Shown here piece after piece: positions 1 to 11,107 of a stretch of DNA of 64,000 nucleotides. This DNA comes from an uncultured Trueperaceae bacterium (GTDB lineage: Bacteria; Deinococcota; Deinococci; Deinococcales; Trueperaceae). The stretch is taken from positions 128,001-192,000 of the forward strand of contig CAWFFU010000008.1 in the NCBI GenBank assembly GCA_963815215.1. Reading direction: 5' to 3'. The notes below the pieces were generated by a model. It searched no databases and had not been told where the DNA came from. It saw nothing but the letters and a program-made list of their open reading frames with translations. Both the position numbers and the translations under genes were made by a program. Position 1 is the first letter of the stretch. The number at the start of each line of letters is the position of its first letter.

Positions 1-117
1 TACCGCGGCGTGCGGGCGCTCGGGTACGCCCCCGGCGAGGCGCTGGCGGCCGCCGAGGCCGGGCTCCAGCGGCCCTTCGCCCTGAGCGAGCCGGACCCGG
101 TCTCCGCCGAGCGCTGA
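1..117 (+). CDS. 3' end of a CDS running in from the left edge (product unknown)
   Basis: Frame 1 is open from base 1 (YRGVRALGYAPGEALAAAEAGLQRPF...) to TGA at 115-117, with GC3-rich codons. Confidence 0.55.
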   Translation, partial: YRGVRALGYAPGEALAAAEAGLQRPFALSEPDPVSAER

Positions 118-266
118 TCCGCCACCCGCGGCCGCTTCCGGCCCTCGGCCCTGTCGAGTACAATCGTTGCGTCCCACTCGTGGTCGTAGGCGGCAACCGG
201 GCGGCGGGGAACGACGGTGAGGGGGGCCTCGTGCCCGGGCCCGGCACGGGGAGTTAGGGGCCGAGG

Positions 267-1931
267 GTGAAGCTTCGCACCGTGGTCGTGGCTGCATCGG
301 TCGCCATCCTGATCGTGGCGGCCGCGCTCTCGTACACCGCCTCGCTGCTGGCGCTGCCGGCCGCGGCGCTGGTGCTGACGCTCACGATCGCCACCAGCGG
401 CGCCCGCTCGCTGGGCTGGCGCCTGGCCATGCTGGGCAGCGCGTTGTGGACGGTCGAGGAGGTCATCTGGGCGTACGTGCGGCTGAGCGGCGGCCCCGAG
501 CACATCCTGCTCACCGACCTGGCCTCCTACAGCGGCGCGGCCCTGTGGGTGGCGGCACTCATCGTCATGAGCGGGCGGCATCGACCGACGTTGCTGTCGC
601 TGCCGTTCCTGCCCGCCCTCGGCCTGCTGGTGTGGATCGACACGCGCGACTTGCCGGTGACCCTGACCCTGCAGTTCCCGGTGGTCGACGTGCTGCTGGT
701 CCTGGCCACCCTGCCGGCGCTGGAATCGGCGCTGCGCGGGCGGGCGTCCGAGGGGCGCCTGCTGTGGACGTTCGGCTTCTTCGTGCGGGCCCTCACGGCG
801 GGCACCATGAGCTGGCTGTTCACGGTGCCCGGGCTCACGCACGGCTTCTTCGTGCTGTGGCTGCTCCCCTACGCGTTCGTGGCCATCGGCGTGGCCATGG
901 AGCTCGCCGACGAGGAGTCCGGCATGTGGGCGGCCGCCATCACCATCCTGGGCCTCGAGGCGGTGTCGGGCACCATGCTGATGCTGCTGTTCCGCGGAGG
1001 CATCATCGGCCGGCCCGCCGCCGTGGCCATCGTGCTGCTCCTGGCCTACGTGCAGTTCGTGGGCATCATGCTGGTGCTGCTCTCCGACCGTCAGCGACGG
1101 ATCCGTGCCGAGCTGGAGCTGAAGGCCTGGGGGGAGATCATCGACCGCGTGGTGACGGTCGAGCCCGGCGAACTCGGTACGCTCGGCACGCTGCATGCCC
1201 TGCTGGAGGCGCTGACCGTTCGCCTGCCAGGCGTCCGCGGCGTGGAGGTGAACGCCGAGGGGCGCGTCCACGCCGGCTACCCGCACGGCTATGCCTTCCC
1301 GCTGGTGAGCAGCGGGACCGAGATCGGCCGGCTCTACTTCGACCGGCAACCGCGCGCCACGGCCGTCCTCGACGCCGTGGCCCCGTTCCTGGCCGGACGG
1401 ATCCAGCAGGCGCTCGACCAGGCGGCCTGGCGCACGCGCGCCATCACCGACCCGCTCACCGGCCTGCTCAACCGTCGCGGCTTCGAGCTCCGGGCCGCCG
1501 ACGTGGTCCGGCGGTCCCGAGAGCGAGCCAAGCCACTGTGCGTGGCGATGCTCGACCTCGATCACTTCAAGCGCGTCAACGACTACTACGACCACGCCGC
1601 CGGGGATCGCGCGCTGCGCGAGGTCGCGTCGATCCTCGGCCGCCACCTGCGCGAGGACGACGTGGCCGCTCGCTGGGGCGGCGAGGAGTTCCTCATCCTG
1701 CTCTACGACGCCGACCGCGACACCGCCGTCGAGGTGGTGCGGCGCATCCGGTCCGAGCTGCGCGCCAGGCCGCTGAGGCCGATCGCGTGGCCGCTGACAT
1801 TGTCGGTCGGGATCGCCGGGGGCAGGGCACTGTCCGGCGCGGAGGCCCTCGAAGATTGGGTACGGCAGGCCGATCGCGCGCTGATCCGGGCCAAGGAGCT
1901 CGGCCGCGACCGCATCGAGGCGTCCGCCTGA
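267..1931 (+). CDS. Membrane-bound diguanylate cyclase (GGDEF domain)
   Basis: Multi-TM N-terminus; DPLTGLLNRR, DLDHFKRVND and GGEEF motifs; RxxD I-site (REDD) five residues before GGEEF. Confidence 0.92.
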   Translation: MKLRTVVVAASVAILIVAAALSYTASLLALPAAALVLTLTIATSGARSLGWRLAMLGSALWTVEEVIWAYVRLSGGPEHILLTDLASYSGAALWVAALIVMSGRHRPTLLSLPFLPALGLLVWIDTRDLPVTLTLQFPVVDVLLVLATLPALESALRGRASEGRLLWTFGFFVRALTAGTMSWLFTVPGLTHGFFVLWLLPYAFVAIGVAMELADEESGMWAAAITILGLEAVSGTMLMLLFRGGIIGRPAAVAIVLLLAYVQFVGIMLVLLSDRQRRIRAELELKAWGEIIDRVVTVEPGELGTLGTLHALLEALTVRLPGVRGVEVNAEGRVHAGYPHGYAFPLVSSGTEIGRLYFDRQPRATAVLDAVAPFLAGRIQQALDQAAWRTRAITDPLTGLLNRRGFELRAADVVRRSRERAKPLCVAMLDLDHFKRVNDYYDHAAGDRALREVASILGRHLREDDVAARWGGEEFLILLYDADRDTAVEVVRRIRSELRARPLRPIAWPLTLSVGIAGGRALSGAEALEDWVRQADRALIRAKELGRDRIEASA

Positions 1932-1992
1932 GGGCCTGCACACCTTCGCCATCGCGCGCCGCACCGCGGCCGGGCGCTATGATGAGCCACCG

Positions 1993-2331
1993 ATGCGCGA
2001 GCTGCTCTATAACGCCGCCAAGCACTTCAAACGCGGTCGTGCCCTGGCCGAGCGCGGCGACGTGCGGGGCGCGATGCTCGCGTACCGTGATGCCCTGCGC
2101 GACCTGCACGCGGTGCGCCCCCAGCGCATGCGCGACGTGTTGCTGGCACAGGTGTACCTGTCGCGCTACCAGATCGGCCGCAACGTCGACGCCGAGGCCG
2201 CCGAGAGCGACCTGCGTATGGGATACAGCTACGCCCGGACCACGCACGAGCCCACGGTCCGGCAACTCGCCGAGGAGCTGTGGCAGGACCGCCTGGGCGT
2301 CCTTCCCGATGCCGCCTCGGCCCCCGCCTAG
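1993..2331 (+). CDS. Small helical (TPR-like) hypothetical protein
   Basis: 112 aa ORF with typical codon bias; TATGAT -10 box just upstream; TPR-like spacing (HFKRGRALAERGDVRGAMLAYRDAL). Confidence 0.7.
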   Translation: MRELLYNAAKHFKRGRALAERGDVRGAMLAYRDALRDLHAVRPQRMRDVLLAQVYLSRYQIGRNVDAEAAESDLRMGYSYARTTHEPTVRQLAEELWQDRLGVLPDAASAPA

Positions 2332-2393
2332 CCGCGCCCGACCGCAAGCACCGCCGGGGGCGACACCCGGTCCGGACGGGTAGCATGGGCCGC

Positions 2394-3563
2394 ATGACCG
2401 CCCGCTCCCTGCTCCAACTCGCCAACGCCGAGCGCGCCGCCTACCTGGCCACGCTCGAAGGCCTCGTCACGCTGGAGTCCCCTACCCGCGACAAGCTCCT
2501 GGCCGACCGGCTCGCCGACCACCTGGAGGCGCTGCTCGATCACGACGGCTGGACGGTGGAACGCCTGCCGCGCGAAGAGGTCGGCGACGTCATCGTGGCG
2601 CGCCTGGCGGCGGACGCCGGCCCTGCCACCCTGCTGCTGTGCCACTACGACACGGTGTGGCCCGCCGGCACGCTCGCGGACATGCCCTTCCGACTGGAGG
2701 GGGAGCAGGTGTACGGCCCCGGCGCCCTCGACATGAAGGCGGGCATCACCACCGCCATCCACGCCCGCCGCCTGCTCCGTGAGGCCGGCGCCGGATTGCG
2801 CGGGCCGGTCACGCTGCTCGTGACCTCCGACGAGGAGACGGGCAGCCACCACTCGCGCGCGCTGATCGAGCGCCTGGCCGACGAGCACCAGCGGGTGCTG
2901 GTGCTCGAGCCGGGGCGCGACGACGGCGCCCTGAAGATCGGGCGCAAGGGCGTGGGCCAGCTCCACCTCCACCTCACCGGCCGCAGCGCCCACGCCGGCA
3001 ACAATCCCGAGGACGGCGCCAGCGCGCTGCGGGAGCTGGCGCACCTGTTGCTCTACGTCGAGGACCAGGGCGACAGCGAGGCCGGCACCACCGTCAACGT
3101 CACCGTGGCCCGGGGCGGGACCACCGGCAACGTGATCGCCGAAGAGGCCGAGGCCGAGGTCGACCTGCGGGTGCTCGAGGCATCGGAGGCCGAGCGCGTG
3201 CAGCGCGCGCTCGCCACCTTCGAGCCGCGCGACGCCCGCGTCGCCGTTCGGATCACGGGCGGCCTCAACCGCCCGCCGCTGGAACGCACCGACGTCAACG
3301 CGGCGCTCTGGAGCGAGGCGCGCGAACTCGGCGTCGAACTCGGCCTGCAGCTCGAGGGCGCCGTGGTCGGGGGCGGGTCGGACGGCTCGTTCACGTCCGC
3401 CCGCGGCGTCGCGACGCTCGACGGGCTCGGTTCCGTGGGCGCCGGCCCGCACGCTCGACACGAGCACATCCGCGTGCCCGCCACGCTCGAGCGCCTGGCC
3501 TTGCTGGCGGCGCTGCTCGCCGACGGCGGCTCATCGGCCTCGAAGGACGCGGTGCTAGGCTGA
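2394..3563 (+). CDS. M20 family metallopeptidase (glutamate carboxypeptidase-like)
   Basis: HYDTV, DMKAG, SDEE, GRSAHAG, GGGSDG and C-terminal H motifs; start placed 7 nt after TAGCAT. Confidence 0.9.
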   Translation: MTARSLLQLANAERAAYLATLEGLVTLESPTRDKLLADRLADHLEALLDHDGWTVERLPREEVGDVIVARLAADAGPATLLLCHYDTVWPAGTLADMPFRLEGEQVYGPGALDMKAGITTAIHARRLLREAGAGLRGPVTLLVTSDEETGSHHSRALIERLADEHQRVLVLEPGRDDGALKIGRKGVGQLHLHLTGRSAHAGNNPEDGASALRELAHLLLYVEDQGDSEAGTTVNVTVARGGTTGNVIAEEAEAEVDLRVLEASEAERVQRALATFEPRDARVAVRITGGLNRPPLERTDVNAALWSEARELGVELGLQLEGAVVGGGSDGSFTSARGVATLDGLGSVGAGPHARHEHIRVPATLERLALLAALLADGGSSASKDAVLG

Positions 3564-3568
3564 GCCGC

Positions 3569-5095
3569 ATGCTGGCCGTGCTCGTCGCCGCTGCGTCCGG
3601 CGCACTGTTGAGCCAGGCGTTGCCGCCGACCGGCGTGTGGCCCCTGTTCCTGGCGCTGGTGCCGCTGTTCGTGCTGGTCGCCGAGGCACCGACGGCGCGG
3701 CGCGCGTTCTGGCTGGGCGCGTCGTTCGCGCTCCCCTTCTTCGCCATCTACATCCTGTGGCTGCCCCGTAGCTTCTCGCAGCCGACCATGCTCGGGTCCT
3801 TCTTCTGGGGCGTGTTCCCGCTGCTGCTGGCCGCGCTCTGCCTCATCTGGGGCGCGGTGACGTTCCTGGCGCGCCTCCTCGGAGGCCGGGGCGCAGGCAC
3901 CTTGTGGCTGCTGCCGGGCTTCTGGGTGCTCACCGAGTGGCTCCGCACCCAGGGGTATCTGGGGTTCCCGTGGGGCACGCTGGGCTACCTGTGGCTGGGG
4001 TCTCCGGCGGCTCAGGTCGCCAGCACCGTGGGCGTGTACGGCCTGAGCCTGTTGGCCACCGCCGCCGCGGCGCTGGTGGCGGCGCCCTTCGTGAGGCCGA
4101 TGTGGGCGCCGGCACGGCGGGGACCGACCGGCGGCGCACGCTGGTTGGCGCCGGTGCTGGCCGCGGCGCTGGTGGGAGCCGCCATGCTGTGGGGCGCGGC
4201 CGACCTACGGCAGCCGCTGCCCCGGCCCGACCGCACCGCCGTGCTGGTGCAGGGCAACGTCGACCCCTTCGGTCGCGCCATCAGCCCGGCCGGCGACCTC
4301 GGCGTGCACACCGGCCTGACGATGCGGGCCGTCGCGACGCTGGGCCATCCGCCGACCTTCGTCGTGTGGCCGGAGGGCGCGGTGCTCGGCTACTCGGTCG
4401 AGGGCGCCGCCGGCGAGCCCACGCGCTCGGCGATCCAGGCGAGCGCACCGGGCAGCACCTTCATCGTCGGCGGGCGGGCGTACGACGCGGGGAGGGACTA
4501 CAACAGCGCCTACAGCCTGGCGGGCGGCGCCGTGGTCGACCGCTACGACAAGGCCTACCTGGTTCCCTTCGGCGAGCGCTGGCCCTTGTTGGAGACGGCG
4601 AAGCCGCTGTACCGGGCGATCTTCGGCCTGCTCCACCTGCCGATGCTGATCAACACCGCGGCCGGCCCCGGACCCATCCCCTTGCGCACGCCCCACGGAC
4701 CGATCGCGGCCTACATCTGCTACGAGTCGGTGTTCCCACAGGTGCAGCGGGTCATGGTGCGCGAGGGGGCGCGGGTGCTGGTCAACATCACCAACGACGC
4801 CTGGTTCTCGAAGGGCAACGGCGCCGAGCAGCACTTCATGATGGGCAACCTGCGCGCCATCGCGACGGGGCGCTACCTGCTGCGGGCGGGCAACGACGGC
4901 ATCACCGCCGTGGTCGACCCGCACGGCCGCGTGCTGCAGCGGCTCCCGCGCCACGTGGCGGCCGCCCTGACGGCACGCTTCGCGTTCCGCGACACGCTCA
5001 CGCCGTTCGTGCGCTTCGGCCGCTGGTATATCCCTGCCCTGGCCGCGCTCACCGCCCTGACGGTGCTGTCGGTGTTGGCCCGCCGGCGCGGCTGA
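3569..5095 (+). CDS. lnt: Apolipoprotein N-acyltransferase
   Basis: TM N-terminus, GFPWG, VQGN, nitrilase triad VWPE / YDK..LVPFGE / ICYES, NITNDAWF. Confidence 0.95.
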   Translation: MLAVLVAAASGALLSQALPPTGVWPLFLALVPLFVLVAEAPTARRAFWLGASFALPFFAIYILWLPRSFSQPTMLGSFFWGVFPLLLAALCLIWGAVTFLARLLGGRGAGTLWLLPGFWVLTEWLRTQGYLGFPWGTLGYLWLGSPAAQVASTVGVYGLSLLATAAAALVAAPFVRPMWAPARRGPTGGARWLAPVLAAALVGAAMLWGAADLRQPLPRPDRTAVLVQGNVDPFGRAISPAGDLGVHTGLTMRAVATLGHPPTFVVWPEGAVLGYSVEGAAGEPTRSAIQASAPGSTFIVGGRAYDAGRDYNSAYSLAGGAVVDRYDKAYLVPFGERWPLLETAKPLYRAIFGLLHLPMLINTAAGPGPIPLRTPHGPIAAYICYESVFPQVQRVMVREGARVLVNITNDAWFSKGNGAEQHFMMGNLRAIATGRYLLRAGNDGITAVVDPHGRVLQRLPRHVAAALTARFAFRDTLTPFVRFGRWYIPALAALTALTVLSVLARRRG

Positions 5096-5159
5096 TCGAG
5101 CTGCAGCGGGACAACCACCCTTCGACGGGCGCGGTCCCCGTGCTCTATCGTGCGAAGGT

Positions 5160-6506
5160 ATGAACGTCGTCATCGTGGGCGGTGGGGAGATCGGCGCGCT
5201 GATCGCTGAATCGCTGCATCGCACCCACAACGTGACCGTCATGGACATGGAGAGCGAGCGGGAAGCGGCGTTCGAGAGCATGGACGTGCAGTTCGTGCGT
5301 GGCAACGGCGCCGACCCCAGCGACCTTCGCGTGGCCGGCGCGGACCACGCCGACGCCTTCATCGCCTGCACCACCAACGACGACGTGAACGTCCTGGCCT
5401 GCCTGGCCGCCAAGGGGTTGGCGGACGTGGAGACGATGGCCTTCGTGACCCGCCAGCGTTACGTCGACGCCTTCGCCGCGGCCGGCGCCTTCGAGACCAT
5501 CGGGCTGGCGATCGACCGGGTGCTGTGGCCGCAGCGCACCCTGGCGCATCAGATCGCCGACATCGTGAGGGTGCCGCGCGCGCTGGCCACGGCCGGCTTC
5601 GCGGGCGGGCGCCTCACCATGCTGGAGTACCGGCTCGAGCCGCACGATCCCTTCCTCGACCGCCCCCTGGGCGAGGCCGAACTCCCCGCCGGCGTGCTCG
5701 TCGCCGGAGCGATCCGGGCCGACACCTTCACCATCCCCTCCGGGACCACCATCCTGTTGGCCGGCGACAAGGTCGTGTTCATGGGCAGGGCCGACCACAT
5801 GCGCGCCCTCGAGCGCCGCTTCGCGCCGCGCCGGCGCTCGCACAACGTGGCGGTGGTGGGTGGGGGCAACGTCGGCTTCATGGTGGCCGAGCAGCTCGCC
5901 GGCGACCGCGCCAACATCACCATCATCGAGCAGAACGAAGCGCGCTGCGAGAAGCTGGCGCAGTGGCTGCCGCACGCATTGGTGCTCAAGGGCGACGGCA
6001 CCGACCTGGAGCTGCTACAACAGGAGCGCATCGAAGACGCCGACGTGATGGTCGCGGTGACCGACGACGACGGCAAGAACCTGCTGGTGTCGCTGTTGAG
6101 CAAGCAGCTCGGCATCCCCAAGGTCATCACCCGCGTCGGGCGCAGTCGAAACCGGCGTCTGTTCGAGCGCGTCGGCATCGACGCCCCCCTCACCCCGCGC
6201 GCCGCCGCCGTCCAGGAGGTGCTGAACTGGCTCCACGTCGATGAGGTCGACCACCTGGCCTCCATCGAGGACCGCGCCGAGGTGATGGAGTTGAGCTACC
6301 CGGCGGGATGTCGGGAGGGCAAGGTCCGCGATATCGGAGCCCCGCGCGACAGCCTGATCGGCGCCATCCAGCGCGATAAGACGGTATTCGTGCCGCACGG
6401 GGACACCATCGTGCGTCCGGGCGATCACCTCTTCATCGTCACCACACCGGACAACACCGGGGCCGTGGAGCGCTGGCTCGAGGCGCGCCGCGCCGCGCCG
6501 GACTGA
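5160..6506 (+). CDS. trkA: Trk potassium uptake NAD-binding subunit
   Basis: Two RCK_N/RCK_C repeats with GGGEIG and GGGNVG Rossmann motifs; followed by trkH. Confidence 0.93.
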   Translation: MNVVIVGGGEIGALIAESLHRTHNVTVMDMESEREAAFESMDVQFVRGNGADPSDLRVAGADHADAFIACTTNDDVNVLACLAAKGLADVETMAFVTRQRYVDAFAAAGAFETIGLAIDRVLWPQRTLAHQIADIVRVPRALATAGFAGGRLTMLEYRLEPHDPFLDRPLGEAELPAGVLVAGAIRADTFTIPSGTTILLAGDKVVFMGRADHMRALERRFAPRRRSHNVAVVGGGNVGFMVAEQLAGDRANITIIEQNEARCEKLAQWLPHALVLKGDGTDLELLQQERIEDADVMVAVTDDDGKNLLVSLLSKQLGIPKVITRVGRSRNRRLFERVGIDAPLTPRAAAVQEVLNWLHVDEVDHLASIEDRAEVMELSYPAGCREGKVRDIGAPRDSLIGAIQRDKTVFVPHGDTIVRPGDHLFIVTTPDNTGAVERWLEARRAAPD

Positions 6507-6510
6507 GCGC

Positions 6511-7968
6511 GTGCGCGGCCGATTCGCTCCCTACGTCATCGGAACGGGCCTGCTGGCACTGTCCGGCGTGATGCTGCTGTTCACCTTCTACGCGGCCATC
6601 GCGCGCGAACCCATGACGGGGTTCCTGCTCAGCGGTGCGCTGGGCGCCCTGTTGGGCTCCGTGCTACGGATGCTGGGATCGTCCAACGCCGAGCCCACCC
6701 GGCGCGAAGCCCTCATCGCCGTATTGGTGTCCTGGCTCGCCGTGCCGGCGGTCGGTGCCGTCCCCTACGCCGTGACCGGGGGGTTCGGCCCGGTGAACGC
6801 CTTCTTCGAGTCGATGAGCGGCTTCACCACCACCGGCGCTACCGTGCTCACCGACTTCGCCGCCTTCCCCTCGAGCCTCTTCCTGTGGCGAGCGCTGTCG
6901 CAGTGGGTGGGCGGCATCGGTATCCTGGTCATCTTCATCGCCGTGTTCCCGCAACTCGCGATCGCCGGCCGCCAGCTCTTCTTCGCCGAAGCGCCGGGAC
7001 CGACCGAGGAGCGTCTCACCCCGCGCCTGCGCCACACCGCAACGGCGGTGGTCACCATCTATACCGGCCTGACGGTGCTGTGCGCCGCCGCCTACGCCAT
7101 CGCCGGCATGCCGGTGTTCGATGCCGTGGCGCACGCCTTCACCACCCTGGCGGCGGGCGGCTTCAGCCCCAACGCACAGAGCTTCCAGGGCTACGCCAAC
7201 CCCGCGGTCGACTGGGTGGCGACGGTGTTCATGCTCTTCGCCGGGTCCAACTTCGCGCTGTTGTACCGAGGCGTGGCGGGGCGGCCGCGTGAGATCCTGC
7301 GCGATCCCGAATTCCGCGCCTACGTGAGCATCGCGGTGCTCGCCTCGCTGGCGCTCACCGTCCTGCTGCTGGGCGTGTATGGCGTGGGCGACGCCTTCAG
7401 GCACGGCTTCTTCCAGGTCTTCAGCATCATGACGACGACGGGCTATGCGTCGGCCGACTTCGCCCAGTGGCCGCAACGCGCGCAGGCCGTGCTGGTTGTG
7501 GTCATGTTCATCGGCGGCAGCGCCGGCTCGGCCGGCGGCGGCATCAAGGTGGTGCGCTGGCTGATCATCGCCCGCAACACCGCACGCGAGGTGCGCCGGG
7601 CGCTGCATCCGCGCGCGGTGCTGCCGGTGCGGCTCGGGAGCCGCGTGGTGCCCGAGGACGTGCTCCGCTCGGTGGCCGCCTTCATCACCCTGTACGTCGG
7701 TCTGTTCGCGACCAGCACCGTCATCCTGGTCATGCTGGGGGCGGACTTCGTCACGGCATTCACGGCCTCGATCGCCTGCCTGGGCAACATCGGGCCGGGT
7801 CTGGCGCGCGTCGGCCCGATGGTCGACTTCGGCCACCTGCACGTGGCCAGCCGCCTGCTGCTCACCTTCGACATGTACGCCGGCCGACTCGAGGTGGTCA
7901 CCGTCTTCGTGCTGTTCACCCGTGGCTGGTGGCGCCTGCCGCGGAGGCGGCCGCACGCCCGTCCGTAG
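6511..7968 (+). CDS. trkH: Trk potassium uptake permease
   Basis: FESMSGFTTTGAT, TTTGYAS, GGSAGSAGGGIKV and LGNIGPG pore-loop motifs. Confidence 0.95.
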   Translation: MRGRFAPYVIGTGLLALSGVMLLFTFYAAIAREPMTGFLLSGALGALLGSVLRMLGSSNAEPTRREALIAVLVSWLAVPAVGAVPYAVTGGFGPVNAFFESMSGFTTTGATVLTDFAAFPSSLFLWRALSQWVGGIGILVIFIAVFPQLAIAGRQLFFAEAPGPTEERLTPRLRHTATAVVTIYTGLTVLCAAAYAIAGMPVFDAVAHAFTTLAAGGFSPNAQSFQGYANPAVDWVATVFMLFAGSNFALLYRGVAGRPREILRDPEFRAYVSIAVLASLALTVLLLGVYGVGDAFRHGFFQVFSIMTTTGYASADFAQWPQRAQAVLVVVMFIGGSAGSAGGGIKVVRWLIIARNTAREVRRALHPRAVLPVRLGSRVVPEDVLRSVAAFITLYVGLFATSTVILVMLGADFVTAFTASIACLGNIGPGLARVGPMVDFGHLHVASRLLLTFDMYAGRLEVVTVFVLFTRGWWRLPRRRPHARP

Positions 7969-8028
7969 CGGCGCCGGCCCGTGCCCACGCACGGTCCTCG
8001 CGCCTCCTCACCGACGCAGGCGCCTCGA

Positions 8029-8057
8029 TTGAAGACCCGTCGGTGTCGGGGTATGCT
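8029..8057 (+). promoter_or_regulatory. Putative sigma-70 promoter of acs
   Basis: TTGAAG-N17-TATGCT upstream of the AAGGAGG SD of acs. Confidence 0.55.
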
Positions 8058-8119
8058 CGGCCTCGACTGTCGACGATCCGTCCGTCGCCCCGTCCGCACG
8101 GACGCGCCAAGGAGGAAGC

Positions 8120-10069
8120 ATGTCCGAGCGCATCGAGTCGGTGCTGCAGGAATCGCGCCGTTTCTCCCCACCCGAAGGCTTCCGCAGCAAGGCCAGGCTG
8201 TCCAGCCTGGAAGCCTATGAGCGGCTCTACCGACAGTCGCTCGACGACCCGGACGCCTTCTGGGGAGACGTGGCCGCCGAGTTGCACTGGTTCAAGCGCT
8301 GGGACCGTGTACAGGAGTGGGACGAGCCGCACGTCCGGTGGTTCGCGGGCGGCCAGACCAACCTCGCCTACAACTGCCTCGACCTGCAGGTCGAACGCGG
8401 CCGCGGCAACAAGGTGGCCCTCCACTGGGAGGGCGAGCCGGGCGACCGGCGCACTCTCACCTACCAGGAGCTGCTGCACGAGGTCCGGCGCTTCGCCAAC
8501 GTGCTCAAGAGCCACGGCGTGGCCAAGGGCGACCGGGTCGCGATCTACCTCCCGATGATCCCGGAAGCCGTCGTCGCGATGCTGGCCTGCGCCCGCATCG
8601 GTGCGCCCCACTCGGTCGTGTTCGGCGGCTTCAGCGCCCAGGCGCTGGCCGACCGCATCAACGACGCGCAGGCCAAGCTCGTCGTCACCGCCGACGGCGG
8701 CTACCGGCGCGGCAACGTGCTGCCGCTCAAGCCCGCCGTGGACGAGGCGCTGCGGAGCTGCTCGTCGGTGACCTCCGTGGTGACCGTGAAGCGCACGGGG
8801 AACGACGTCGACATGGAGCCGGGCCGGGACGTCTGGTACCACGACGCCATGCGCCGCGCCGACGACGCCTGCCCTGCCGAGCCGTTGGACGCCGAGCACC
8901 CGCTCTACATCCTCTACACCTCCGGCTCGACCGGCAAGCCCAAGGGCGTGCTCCACACCACCGGCGGCTACCAGACCTATACCTACCTGACCACCAAGAC
9001 GGTCTTCGACCTGCAGGACAACGACGTCTACTGGTGCAGCGCCGACGTGGGCTGGGTCACCGGCCACAGCTACATCGTCTACGGGCCGATGAGCAACGGG
9101 GCGACGCAGGTGATGTACGAGGGTGCGCCCACGCACCCCGGTCCCGACCGCTTCTGGGACCTCATCGAGCGCTACGGGGTGACGATCTTCTACACCGCTC
9201 CCACCGCTATCCGCGCCTTCATGAAGCTGGGCGAGGAGCATCCGGGTCGCCACGACCTCACCAGCCTGCGGTTGCTCGGCACGGTGGGCGAGCCCATCAA
9301 CCCCGAGGCCTGGATGTGGTACCGGCGCGTCATCGGCGGTGACCGCTGCCCGGTGGTGGACACCTGGTGGCAGACGGAGACGGGCGGCATCATGATCAGC
9401 ACCCTGCCGGGCGTTCACGACGCCAAGCCGGGCTCGGCCGGGGTCCCGATGTTCGGGGTGGAGCCGGCGGTGGTGGATGTCGACGGCAACGAGGTGCCGC
9501 CGGGCGAGGGTGGCTACCTGGTGATACGTCGCCCCTGGCCGTCGATGCTGCGCACCGTGTACGGCGACGACGACCGCTACCGGAACCAGTACTGGAACGA
9601 GATCCCACACGCCTACTTCGCCGGCGACGGCGCGCGCCGCGACGAGGACGGCTACTTCTGGATCATGGGGCGCGTCGATGACGTGGTGAACGTCTCCGGC
9701 CACCGGCTCGGCACCATGGAGGTGGAGTCGGCGCTGGTGTCGCACCCGGCGGTGGCCGAGGCCGCCGTGGTGGGTCGTCCCGACGAGGTGAAGGGGCAAG
9801 CCATCGTGGCCTTCGTCACGCTGGAGGCGGGCACCACCGCCAGCGCCGAGCTGAGCGAGGAGCTGCGCCGGCACGTGACCCGCGAGATCGGCGCCATCGC
9901 CCGCCCCGACGAGCTGCGCTTCGCCGATGCGTTGCCCAAGACGCGCTCCGGCAAGATCATGCGCCGCCTGCTGCGCAACGTGGCCTCCGGGCAGGAGCTA
10001 GCGGGCGACGTGTCGACGTTAGAGGACCGCAGCGTCATCGAGAAGCTGACCGGCGGCGAAGCGGGCTGA
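8120..10069 (+). CDS. acs: Acetyl-CoA synthetase
   Basis: [20 protein letters not shown] and [12 protein letters not shown] motifs; strong SD. Confidence 0.97.
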   Translation: MSERIESVLQESRRFSPPEGFRSKARLSSLEAYERLYRQSLDDPDAFWGDVAAELHWFKRWDRVQEWDEPHVRWFAGGQTNLAYNCLDLQVERGRGNKVALHWEGEPGDRRTLTYQELLHEVRRFANVLKSHGVAKGDRVAIYLPMIPEAVVAMLACARIGAPHSVVFGGFSAQALADRINDAQAKLVVTADGGYRRGNVLPLKPAVDEALRSCSSVTSVVTVKRTGNDVDMEPGRDVWYHDAMRRADDACPAEPLDAEHPLYILYTSGSTGKPKGVLHTTGGYQTYTYLTTKTVFDLQDNDVYWCSADVGWVTGHSYIVYGPMSNGATQVMYEGAPTHPGPDRFWDLIERYGVTIFYTAPTAIRAFMKLGEEHPGRHDLTSLRLLGTVGEPINPEAWMWYRRVIGGDRCPVVDTWWQTETGGIMISTLPGVHDAKPGSAGVPMFGVEPAVVDVDGNEVPPGEGGYLVIRRPWPSMLRTVYGDDDRYRNQYWNEIPHAYFAGDGARRDEDGYFWIMGRVDDVVNVSGHRLGTMEVESALVSHPAVAEAAVVGRPDEVKGQAIVAFVTLEAGTTASAELSEELRRHVTREIGAIARPDELRFADALPKTRSGKIMRRLLRNVASGQELAGDVSTLEDRSVIEKLTGGEAG

Positions 10070-10101
10070 GGCCGGGTCGACCGTGCGCGGTCGGGCCGAG
10101 C

Positions 10102-11043
10102 TCAATCGTCTGCCCGACCGGACCCGGCGTCTCCTCGCCCCGCGTCGAGGCCGCCAGGCGAGGAGACGCTCCGTGCGCTCGCCAGTGGGTGGCCCGACGG
10201 CACCGGGCGCCGCCGAGGCCGCAGCTCGCTGAGGAACATCGCGGCCACCACCAGGGCGCCGCCGATCCAACCGACCAGGCCCAGCCGCTCGCCCAGCAGG
10301 AAGAACGCGAAGATCGAGGCGACCACCGGCTCGAGCACGAAGATGAGCGCCGCCACCTGCGCGGGCACCACGCGTTGAGCGTACGTCTGCACCACCGCCA
10401 CCAAAGCGGTCGCCACCGCCGCCAGGTAGAGGATCGCCAGGTAGGTGGTCAGCGGCACGTGCCGCAACTCCCCCACCTGCGGCAGCGCCCACAGCCATGC
10501 CAGCACCGCCATGGGCACGTGCTGCAGCGCGGCGAGCGAAGTGGCCGAAGCCTTCCCGGCGACCTCCCCCAGGTAGACGATGAACAGGGCGTAGGCGAGC
10601 GCCGTGGCGAGCACCCACAGGTCGCCGCCGTTGATGGACTTCGTACCGCCGTGCAGGGTCATCATCCCGAGGCCGACGAGCGCTACCAGCGCCGCCAGGT
10701 AGGCGCGTCCGGCCACGCGGCGCCGCAGCCACAGCGCCGCGACCAGCGGCGTGAGGATGACGCTCAGACCGGTGATGAAGGCCGCCCTGGAGGCCGTGGT
10801 GAGGGACAGTCCCATGGTCTGGGTGGCGAAGCCGATGAACGCCAGTACCCCCAACACCAGAGCCGGCTTCACGGCGCGTCGATCGAAGCGGGCCCAGCTC
10901 AGCAGCAGCCCTGCAAGCGTGAAGCGCACGGCCAGCAGCAGCGGCACCGGGATGGTGCGGAGCGCCTCCTTGATGACCACGAAGGTGGTGCCCCAGATCA
11001 GCGTGATGCCCACCAGGGCGGCGGCTCCGACGGCGGGCGGCAT
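10102..11043 (-). CDS. DMT/EamA family transporter
   Basis: Ten-TM EamA pattern (LIWGTTF, RF, AFITGL, LEPV..S.FA..LLGE). Confidence 0.9.
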   Translation of the reverse strand: MPPAVGAAALVGITLIWGTTFVVIKEALRTIPVPLLLAVRFTLAGLLLSWARFDRRAVKPALVLGVLAFIGFATQTMGLSLTTASRAAFITGLSVILTPLVAALWLRRRVAGRAYLAALVALVGLGMMTLHGGTKSINGGDLWVLATALAYALFIVYLGEVAGKASATSLAALQHVPMAVLAWLWALPQVGELRHVPLTTYLAILYLAAVATALVAVVQTYAQRVVPAQVAALIFVLEPVVASIFAFFLLGERLGLVGWIGGALVVAAMFLSELRPRRRPVPSGHPLASARSVSSPGGLDAGRGDAGSGRADD

Positions 11044-11107
11044 GGCCGCCATTCTCGCACGGCACGACGCCGCGTGCGCGCCGCACGCGCCGGCATACAA
11101 TGGCCGG